Positions 24,793 to 34,784 of a DNA stretch of 64,000 bases are shown here, piece by piece; within the stretch, counting starts at the first letter, position 1, and the number at the start of each line of letters is the position of its first letter. A program made the position numbers and the translations under genes. A model generated the notes under the pieces. The model did not search any database. It had not been told where the DNA came from and was given only the letters and a program-made list of their open reading frames with translations. The stretch is from positions 12,834,520 to 12,898,519 of the forward strand of contig CM082578.2 of assembly GCA_040954595.2 (NCBI GenBank), in the 5' to 3' direction. The stretch comes from Balanoglossus misakiensis (taxonomy: Eukaryota > Animalia > Hemichordata).

Positions 24793-27348
24793 TCACAGAA
24801 CAGAAACACGTTCATGTATAGTCATGGTTTCCTGGTCTCGTAGCACTGAATCGCACGGCTTATACTTTGCAGTGTATTTTGATACCGCGTCATCAAGAAC
24901 AGGACTGTCCCTGTTACCGGCAAACTTCTCGCAGCGCGTTTCAGCAAAGCTGGTGATCCCAAGAATGATGGCGCTCAGAAGGGCGCAAATTGCAGAAGTG
25001 TAGAAAGTGACGTCAGCCGTTCCCGTCAGGTCGTACAGGGCCCCTGCGGCAAAAATAGAAACATCGTGTTCAATGTCAGCGTGTGTATACATGTTTGTTC
25101 TGACAAGTTAACTACATGTACATGTATGTATAACCATGGAGGTACCTCCATGGTATAACCAATACATGAATGTGCCAACTTCCGATTTTAGATCTTTTCG
25201 GTTGTTTTCCCGCGTAAACAGAAGGTTAGGGCCTTCTTCAAACCTGGTTCTTCTATCCTGTTTGAGAGTTTGCATTGTAGGAACTACACGTAAAATAAAT
25301 TCGGCCAGAAATGCCGTTTCTTTATACTAATCAGACTGTTATCTTACCGGCGATTGATATTCCGATTAAACAGCCAACGCCAATGGAGAAAATATCCAGA
25401 CCAAATGCGCTGGCCAAATGGTCGCCATGCACGGCATCCTTGAACACGACAAAATGGAGGGAATTGTACGAGCCACTGGTCAGACCAAAACACACACAAA
25501 ACAACACCGCTAACCAGTAGTCAACGACAAACGTGAAAGCCAAGAGGAGCACAGCCCATAATAATATGCTTCCAATAAATATGTACATTGGTGATATTAT
25601 TCTCAAGTCGACGAACCAGCCCTGTATAGCCCTTATTGTGAACGAGCTGGCTCCGACCGCTGTCATTAACAGGGAAGAGTCCATTCTGCTGATGCCGATG
25701 TCGTCAGCCCGCTGCAGTAGAAACGTCAAGAAAGTTCCGTTTGACGAGCCGAGGAAGACCATCGCCAGCGAGATTCCGATGATGCTCGGCTGCAGGTAGA
25801 TGATGTCAAAGCCAAAGAGGCTCGCGAAGCGAACGCACGAGTTTTCTCTGTTTGCGGTCGCCCGGTTCTCTCGGTTTCCCGCCCCCGCCGCGGCGGGCAG
25901 AGGTCGAAGAAGTGCCGCCGCCACGCAGAGGTTTGCACCCAGTCCCGCCAGAACGACAAATGTTCCGTGCCAGCCGTAATACTGGATGAGAGTTTGGCAG
26001 AGTGGCGGCATCCCCATGACACCTAATCCGTAGCCTGCCATTGCTAGTCCGTTCGCCAAGCCGTGACGCTTGTGGAAATACTTTCCCAGAAGTGCAAACG
26101 TTGGCAGGTAGGACAGAGAACAACCAAAATCTGGAATGAAGAATTCAGGAAGATGCAAATAAATAAAGATCCCAGCAAGAGTCAGTTTAGTACACTAGAA
26201 CCACAGTGGAGGGACCATGCCAGAACTTGATCATATGACTATGTGCGCTGCTGAATATACTAAGCCGATTGCATTGAAAGGAAATAAACGATGTTTGGCG
26301 TCTTAAATAAGACTTCAGCGGCAGCAATAAATGAGGGTGGGAGGGAGAGAGGGGGAAAGAGAGAGAGAAGAGAGAGATGAAGACAGAGAGGGGGAGAGAT
26401 GAAGAGAGAGAGAGGGAGGGAGAGGTGACGAGAGAGAGAGAAAGAAAGACACACACACACAGAAATTTCCTTACTTGTCAAAACCCCAACGGTGAAACAT
26501 AGTACCATGATGTCATTCACAAACCCACTGATGAAGAGTGCAGTAGAAACCATGAGGGCACCAGTCATAGCAGTTCTTCTCGCACCGACTCGCTCACTGA
26601 TCGAGGTTGAGACTGGACCTGTGATGGGTGTACATCAAAACGAAAATTTGTCTGTATGATATGCTTGGTCCAACAAAGTTGGGATCCAAAAGGCCCGTAA
26701 AAGTATCCGCAGTTAAGTTCCCGATGTGACTCACTTGTTAAATTCGAGTGATCACTTGTAAACCCCGGGAATAATACATTTTTCGAAGACTTCACTGTTT
26801 CCTCGTACATCCGTACTGACAAATAAATAAATAAATAAATAAATGCCATGTCACTATCAAAAGAATTATTCCCTGACAGTCCTGTATTCCCCCTTGATAT
26901 CTCTAGACTTGTAATTTATTGAACAGTGTGCTGAACCCGTAAAGCTTCAAACGATTCAAGACCATGTCATTTTATTCATGTTTCATTCTGCGATAGAGTT
27001 TGTCATTTGAGGTCTGTCTGAGACGCTCTTGTAAGTGAGAGGCCATGAAGATTGCCGATTTAATTCAGAGGCGTGTTTGTGTAAGTAAATACAGAGACAT
27101 CGACACTCACCTGAACAGTGGAACACAAACATTCCAATGGAAGCAATTAACGACACCTTCCCTGCTCCTGCGCCAAAATATTCCTTCATGGTAACCAGCA
27201 ACACGGCAAGCGATCCAGTAAACCCGTCAAAGAAAAGTTCGGAGATGTGTCCACTCGCCACGACGGCCCAACCCCATCCTCCATCGGGAGCATCTGTGGA
27301 TTTGCTGGATTTGCGCCCTTTCTCGAAGCTGTTGGACATCTTCTCCAT
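24793..27348 (-). CDS. Monocarboxylate transporter family (SLC16/MCT, MFS) protein, copy A, 471 aa
   Basis: Exons 27348-27111, 26618-26475 (144 nt), 26130-25348, 25043-24793, all frame-consistent. SLC16 motifs APDGGWGWAVV, YFHKRHGLANGLAMAG and GALYDLTG; multiple hydrophobic TM segments. Confidence 0.9.
26335..26462. repeat. GA-rich/(CA)n low-complexity tract in MCT-A intron 2 (paralogue 30845-31008)
   Basis: Read directly; the length differs between copies. Confidence 0.85.
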
Positions 27349-27643
27349 GTACGGCGTACACTTTGGGAAGGGTTCAGGGAGTGGAGAGGGACGAATGGCC
27401 GGGAAGTGAGACTCGATGCGCTTCGTTTCAATACCAAATTCAAGTATGATTTATTAGCACAAACTCTGCGGTTTGTATACCGTGTGGTGAACCTTGACAT
27501 TTGTTCACACCTAATACAATAGGTTTAATGACCGGCGTCACGCAGGTAGCAAATAAAGGAATTACATGTCTGATAAAGGAATTACATGTCTGACAGACAA
27601 ATCGTGGGCGGAGTCTATAATATGCCGTGTGTGGTCTCCGACA
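27348..27643 (-). mobile_element. 3' LTR (~296 bp) of a BEL/Pao retrotransposon
   Basis: On the minus strand: polypurine tract GGGCGGGAGGA (27654-27644), then TGTCGG...CCGTACA (TG..CA termini). Internal AATAAA at 27455-27450 and a 20-bp tandem repeat at 27553-27592. A same-strand pol fragment lies upstream. Confidence 0.75.
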
Positions 27644-28096
27644 TCCTCCCGCCCGCAAGAAATTACAGATAAACTATGAATAAACATCAAAAAGGAAGTG
27701 CGAAAAACTTCATAATCTCATAAACAAGACATTTATGCACTTGCAAAAACGATATGTAATACTCTTCGTTAATCTCAAACTTCAATGATCTAAGGAATAA
27801 CCTGTTATAACAGGTGATAAATCTCGAAATTAGAAAACACGTCAAGAAACTAATTAAACCCCGGTGCGGAAAGGCCAGGGATTCGGATTAACGTGTGTTT
27901 GTATAGTTGTTTATTTGGGAGTGGTAGTCGTGCATAATGACTGTGTAATTGATCTCATGTACATAGAAAATAATTGAACACTTTACACTTCCACGCGTCT
28001 CTGAAAGATTGACAGCTGTTTGAATGGCGTGGCCATTGTTTCCCAGGGACGCGATCCATTGTTCTGAAAAACACTGAAACCAGATTTCTCCCAAAA

Positions 28097-28492
28097 TTAT
28101 CGTTGTTTCAAAAGCTCGCGTAATCTACAGCTCTGTAAAGGTGCAGGGATTGGTTTTCTGTATGGCTTCCCACACACCAATTTACAGACAACACATGTTT
28201 TCAGTATTGAACGAACGAAAGGTCGAATTTGGGGGATCCAAAACCTTTGGCGAATGAGCGTGGTCGTTGTCTGCGATCCAGAATGTTTCGCTCGCGAGTG
28301 GATGGCCACTACCATGAGTGTTGTGAAGTAGCTCGTTCGTGGTAGTAGGAGTGGAAATTTCGCTTCACAACTTATTGGCGCATTATGAAGCCTGTCGCCA
28401 ACACGAATGAAACCTTCTTCATCGAGAAATAGTCGAAGTTGGCGAGTTAATTGGCCCGCTGAATTTTGTTTCGCTGTCAGGGCCCTTATTTC
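28097..28492 (-). mobile_element. BEL/Pao retrotransposon pol fragment (integrase HHCC zinc-binding region), truncated
   Basis: LRLFLDEEGFIRVGDRLHNAPIS..KFPLLLP..H....HSG......IRQRFWIP..R..VRSILKTCVVC is the typical Pao pre-integrase and HHCC segment. The integrase core is absent. Confidence 0.88.
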
Positions 28493-29345
28493 TTTCAATA
28501 TTCATATGCAAACGATCATTACATGTAGAATAAATCTCCAATTGGTTTATAAAATGCGTGGTCGTGTCCTGCCAGTGTGTAACTTAAAACAACCAAGGAT
28601 TACGCTTTGTATATTCTTGAATTTTTTGTGTATTTTTTATTTTATTTCAAACGTGTTTTTTTTTTATTAATTTCACTCTCTATGCATTTCTTGTTATCAT
28701 GATGTACGTATACAATTGTGTAAATCAAACAGCAATACAAATTCTTTCGTATGTGAAATCGGTGTGCGTTGTGCCTCGTTTCCTTGTTTAGTTATTGCGT
28801 ACACAGGAAGGACAGGTGTCCGTCATTGCTGACTCCGATAACATTTTCCAGGGAAAACATTGAGTCACCGTTGGTCAGGTATTTTCATAATAGGCATTTT
28901 ATTTGACCTCGACAAGACTTCGACAAAAAACACCGTAAGATAATGATACAGACATACAAACATAACAATACAACTAATAAAATAAAAATTTAAAAATATT
29001 TTTTTTTTTTACAAAATAACATAACACCGTCGTACTGCTTACGACCCTGTACAGACAGGCGCCGGAGCACCCTCACACGATTGAATCTTTCAAGTTTCAG
29101 CCTGACAACTTTGTTGAGCCAACTCAATATAGTCAGAAAGTACTGGCAGTAGGGAGACCATACCATGGAGCGATACTGTTACTACTTTTAACTAAAGATA
29201 CACTCAGGGATGTGTTATTCGTGAACTTACACGATCGTTTTGTATCATTCTCGCGAGAGACAACTTGAGGAAACACTGTTGCCGTAAAAAGGACGTAGTT
29301 TGCGACGATGAGTACGAGTTAACAATGTAAACAACCTTGCCTCTT

Positions 29346-31864
29346 TCACAGAACAGAAACACGTTCATGTATAGTCATGGTTTCCTGGCCTCGTAGCACT
29401 GAATCGCACGGCTTATACTTTGTACTGTATTTTGATACCGCGTCTTCAAGAACATGACTGTCCCTGTTACCGGCAAACTTCTCGCAGCGCCTTTCAGCAA
29501 AGCTGGTGATCCCAAGAATGATGGCGCTCAGAAGGGCGCAGATTGAAGAAGTGTAGAAAGTGACGTCGGCCGTTCCCGTCAGGTCGTACAGGGCCCCTGC
29601 GGCAAAAATAGAAACATCGTGTTTAATGTCAGCGTGTGTATACATGTTTGTCCTGAATTATATCCTAACTACATGTACATGTATTCACAACCAATACATG
29701 AATGTGCCAAATTCCGATTTTAGATCTTTTCGCGACGGTTGTTTTCCCGCTTAAACAGAAGGTTTACTGTCTGAATTTGTCCCAGACTTAAGCTTAGGGC
29801 CTTCTTCAAACCTGGTTCTTCTGTCCTGTTTGAGAGATTGTATTGTAGGAACTACACGTAAAATAAATTCGGCCAGAAATGCCGTTTCTTTATACTAATC
29901 AGACTGTTATCTTACCGGCGATTGATATTCCGATTAAACAGCCAACGCCCATGGAGAAAATATCCAGACCAAATGCGCTGGCCAAATGGTCGCCATGCAC
30001 GGCATCCTTGAACACGACAAAATGGAGGGAATTGTACAAGCCACTGGTCAGACCAAAACACACACAAAACAACACCGCTAACCAGTAGTCAACGACAAAC
30101 GTGAAAGCCAAGAGGAGCACAGCCCATAAGAATATGCTTCCAATAAATATGTACATTGGTGATATTATTCTCAAGTCGACGAACCAGCCCTGTATAGCCC
30201 TTATTGCGAACGAGCTGGCTCCGACCGCTGTCATTAACAGGGAAGAGTCCATTCTGCTGATGCCGATGTCGTCAGCCCGCTGCAGTAGAAACGTCAAGAA
30301 AGTTCCGTTTGACGAGCCGAGGAAGACCATCGCCAGCGAGATTCCGATGATGCTCGGCTGCAGGTAGATGATGTCAAAGCCAAAGAGGCTCGCGAAGCGA
30401 ACGCACGAGTTTTCTCTGTTTGCGGTCGCCCGGTTCTCTCGGTTTCCCGCCCCCGCCGCGGCGGGCAGAGGTCGAAGAAGTGCCGCCGCCACGCAGAGGT
30501 TTGCACCCAGTCCCGCCAGAACGACAAATGTTCCGTGCCAGCCGTAATACTGGATGAGAGTTTGGCAGAGTGGCGGCATCCCCATGACACCTAATCCGTA
30601 GCCTGCCATTGCTAGTCCGTTCGCCAAGCCGTGACGCTTGTGGAAATACTTTCCCAGAAGTGCAAACGTTGGCAGGTAGGACAGAGATAAACCAAAATCT
30701 GGAATGGAGAATTCAGGAAGATGCAAATAAATAAAGATCCCCTCAAGAGTCAGTTTAGTACACTAGAACCACAGTGGAGGGATCATGCCAGAACTTGATC
30801 ATATGACTATGTGCGCTGCTGAATATACTAAGCCGCATATAAATGAGGGTGGGAGGGAGGGAGGGAGGGGGAAGGAGAGAGAGAAGAGAGAGATGGAGAC
30901 AGAGAGGGGGAGAGATGAAGAGAGAGAGCCTCAGGGAGAGAGAGGTGACGAAAGAGAGAGAGAGAGAGAGAGGGAGAGAGAAAGAGAGAGAGAGACACAC
31001 ACACACAGAAATTTCCTTACTCGTCAAAACCCCAACGGTGAAACATAGTACCATGATGTCATTCACAAACCCACTGATGAAGAGTGCAGTAGAAACCATG
31101 AGGGCACCAGTCATAGCAGTTCTTCTCGCACCGACTCGCTCACTGATCGAGGTTGAGACTGGACCTGTGATGGGTGTACATCAAAACGAAAATTTGTCTG
31201 TATGATATGCTTGGTCCAACAAAGTTGGGATCCAAAAGGCCCGTAAAAGTGACTCACTTGTTAAATTCGAGTGATCACTTGTAAACCCCGGGAATAATAC
31301 ATTTTTCGAAGACTTCACTGTTTCCTCGTACATCCGTACTGACAAATAAATAAATAAATGCCATGTCACTATCAAAAGAATTATTCCCTGACAGTCCTGT
31401 ATTCCCCCTTGATATCTCTAGACTTGTAATTTATTGAATAGTGTGTGCTGAACCCGTAAAGTTTAAAACGATGACCATGCATGTCATTTTATTCATGTTT
31501 CATTCTGTGTTAGACTAGCCATTCATTCGATGTCTGTCTGAGATGCTCTTGTAAGTGAGAGGCCATGTAGATTGTCGATTTAAATAAGAAGCGTGTTTGG
31601 GTAAATACAGAGACATCGACACTCACCTGAACAGTGGAACACAAACAATCCAATGGAAGCAATTAACGACACCTTCCCTGCTCCTGCGCCAAAATATTCC
31701 TTCAGGGTAACCAGCAACACGGCAAGCGATCCAGTAAACCCGTCAAAGAAAAGTTCGGAGATGTGTCCACTCGCCACGACGGCCCAACCCCATCCTCCAT
31801 CGGGAGCATCTGTGGATTTGCTGGATTTGCGCCCTTTCTCGAAGCTGTTGGACATCTTCTCCAT
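29346..31864 (-). CDS. Monocarboxylate transporter family (SLC16/MCT, MFS) protein, copy B, 471 aa
   Basis: Exons 31864-31627, 31164-31021, 30698-29916, 29596-29346. Same motifs and exon sizes as copy A. Retains an upstream splice acceptor (cgagcag| at 31901) and a candidate 5'-UTR exon donor (aag|gtaagt at 33203). Confidence 0.92.
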
Positions 31865-34249
31865 AGTCCCTTCGGGTTTGCCTCACTACAGGTGCACCAT
31901 CTGCTCGGGAAGACAGGAAATGTTTTCAAAACATCAGGTCAACACGAACCCGAAATGTGCTGCCTTTTTGACCGCGGCTGAAAATGACGATGTCAACGGC
32001 GCAGAGTCTATTTATATCATATTCATGATATTGTACAGAATCTATTTATATACGTTCAGACCCACCCCTCATTATCAAATGGTCCACCCCTTAATTTTGT
32101 CAGTGCTGTCGAGGCACTATACTATTGCCACTATTGCGAACACTCAGTCTAAACTGTAAATTCGCACGGGCATCGGTATCTCAGTGTGTTGATACCGATG
32201 ATTGTCGCATTTGGTATTTATTCTCAACATCATTTGCCATAACAACAGTGCAGTTAGGTATTCACGTAAATTTACTAATTTTAATTTAACATCAACAATA
32301 TTTAATACATTTATTAATAACATCGTTCCATATGGACCGACAGTTGCAACGTGCCGACACATGCTTATTCCTACTGTTGTAGTTCGCCAAGCACTCTGAT
32401 GTTAACATGATTAAAGGTCGCACAAGGGGCCGCGACATATAAATATAATATTAACACGGTCACTCCACACTGTGTGACCGTCATAATAACCACTAAAATG
32501 CACGTGGGCCCCCTTCCTCCATTTGGAGCTGAGCGACATCATTTTCCTTTCAATTTCAAATTAAGCTGACGGGATGAAAATCGACATGCGGAATGAAATG
32601 CGCGGGTCGTACATTCAAGTGATGCTTTACCAACAATGAAAACGGTGGCGCAGGTAACCTTGTAACGCATATCAGATATGGAAGATTACGGCATTGCCGC
32701 AAAAGAGGTTTGTAATTTACGACGACGGGGTTCAGATCGGGGGCTCTTGAAATAAACCTTTCAGTCCTTGACTGTGGCGGAGAAGGTGGCCTCCAGCACA
32801 GAATGTTGATTTATGGCTAATATCCCGGATTTACGTGATGAACAGGGCTGGCATTAGCAATATTGGACTTACCTCTGCTGCTAGCGATGGCATTGCAGTC
32901 CAACAGTGTTTTTGTTGACTTGGCAAGGAATGGATCATTTGATATTATGGGGGAGGGCGCTGAAGAAAAAAAACTCTGGCGTTTTTATACATTCCCCGCG
33001 GAACCTTTTCTTTTTTCCCCTTCGAAGTTGGTCTATTTTACGCCCCTATTCACATTTTAAGTAGGATATGGAGGCGAATATGGTATAATTTCCGTCGGCA
33101 CATTGTGTGTGACATCGATCCTTGCCCAATATACCTTCGTCCATGAAAGCTTTATTATTATGTAATACAATCGACATGTGGAAGGGTGAAATTTGGACTT
33201 ACCTTAGTTCTCAGTTTAAAACACTGTCGTCCCTAGAACGAGATCGGGAAATACGACAATGTCTATCAGGTTTTTAGCGCGCACGATAGCAGTTCGCTGA
33301 TTTAGTATTAGGCCTACTGGGGTCTCGGTGGAATTCTTTGCTCACCCTGCGGTCGACCGTCGGCCATACACATTTAGAAATGGGTGAGTACAAAGGATGT
33401 AACGGCAGAGTTATCGGCTGTTGCAACGTCCAGGCATTCTATCTGAACTTTATTTCGATAAGATACATACAAATAAGTTCTGTGATATAGTACACTTAAC
33501 ATTCAAAAATTGCACAGAATTTTCAGATACATTTTTTTCAACATTACACAGTGTAGGCCTACGGCTATCTACCTTTTAATATTTCCTGTTTCTAAATAAA
33601 CATTTGTACAAAGGCTGCGTCCCAAGTTCTTTGAAGTGACTTCATATAAGGTGTGATTCTACCCTCCTACCACCAGAATTTTTTGGATTTTGTGCGGTTA
33701 TTATTAGCCAACTTAGACCATCTGAGACCTCACAAGATATCGATCTCACGTGGTTAGGCAATTTCTTTGGTAGGACATTCTCATGTGACACAGGACAAAC
33801 AATACATGCCCCAAAAGCACAAAAGTTTGTTAAACTCTGCACCTCTTCTAGTTTCGTACTGAGTTTGACTTGTGTTACTGGCTGGCAACCTTTCGCTACT
33901 GTACTCAACCAAGTCTGGCGTGACCTCGCAGAGACTAGAAAGTCAACTGGGCCTACATGTATTCCAACGGCAGCAGGGCTGTGTATCACTCCACCTGGCT
34001 CCACCTAATGCTTACAGGTGTCTGGGGCAAGTCAACAGAACTGAGTGGCGAAAACTCTGTGGTATATTCTTTGTGGGTGGAGATCAAACAACAATGAGTA
34101 CTTTTTGGCAAAAGTTATGTTTGCTTTTGCAATGACCCGTTTTCAGAGGCTGGCACTCAACTGGCTACACACACACTGCGGACGGCATAGTAAAATCAGG
34201 CTTGGCATAGAAGTATCTTCATTACCGGTGACGTGAACAGCTCTTTTTA

Positions 34250-34550
34250 TCAGATAGCTGATGGCATAACAATATTTACAAAGAAACTGCCATTAACCAA
34301 ATCACATATCATTGTTTTTAGGCGAGGGGGTCCTGAAAAAGGAGTGAAAATGTTTTTTAAGGCGAAAAAGGGAAAACCGAAAGTTATTACGCATACCTGG
34401 GTCTTATGATATCAAGTCGAAATGGAGTAAAGCTGTAAAACTAGGAAAGCTATGGGTTGTATTCTCCCCGTATGGCCAGAAATACCTGTCCTTTACATTG
34501 TCGAGAATAGTTAAAGCTTTTTAATGCAATGGTTTTACCAATATTGACTA
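34250..34550 (+). mobile_element. Degenerate non-LTR retrotransposon (RTE-X/L2-like) reverse-transcriptase C-terminal fragment
   Basis: Frameshifted translation reads KSHIIVFRRGG..FFKGEK..SYYAYLGLMISS..W.KA..KLFNAMVLPIL, matching the recalled 'IVF..GG / Y.YLG / KLF..MV.PIL' pattern of LINE RTs. Confidence 0.6.
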
Positions 34551-34784
34551 TTCTCTCGACTTATATGGCCATCGCCCATTCACTCTTCACGTGCTGTCCC
34601 GAAAACAGGAGCATAACATCCTGGACGAGCGGCTTGACATCCTTTAAGGTGTAAATAAGTAAATCAATAAACAACATCCCATATCCTGTTCTCACCTTTC
34701 AGCATCCTGTATGCAAACGCAGAATAAAACGACTTTCCCTCTCATTCGCGCGAAGGCTCCATACATCGAAGATCTAAGAACGCA

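Larger units (their letters stand above)
23945..31864. repeat. Tandem segmental duplication: 23945-27348 and 28493-31864 (~3.4 kb each) with a 1.14-kb retroelement spacer
   Basis: Both units begin tttcaatattcatatgcaaacg and end gacatcttctccat. Exons, introns and 3' flank are near-identical apart from scattered substitutions and indels. Confidence 0.95.

Noticed and set aside
33642-34135. Overlapping 120-aa and 87-aa ORFs between the MCT and collagen genes
   Set aside because: No recognisable domain or splice signals; possibly a decayed repeat.
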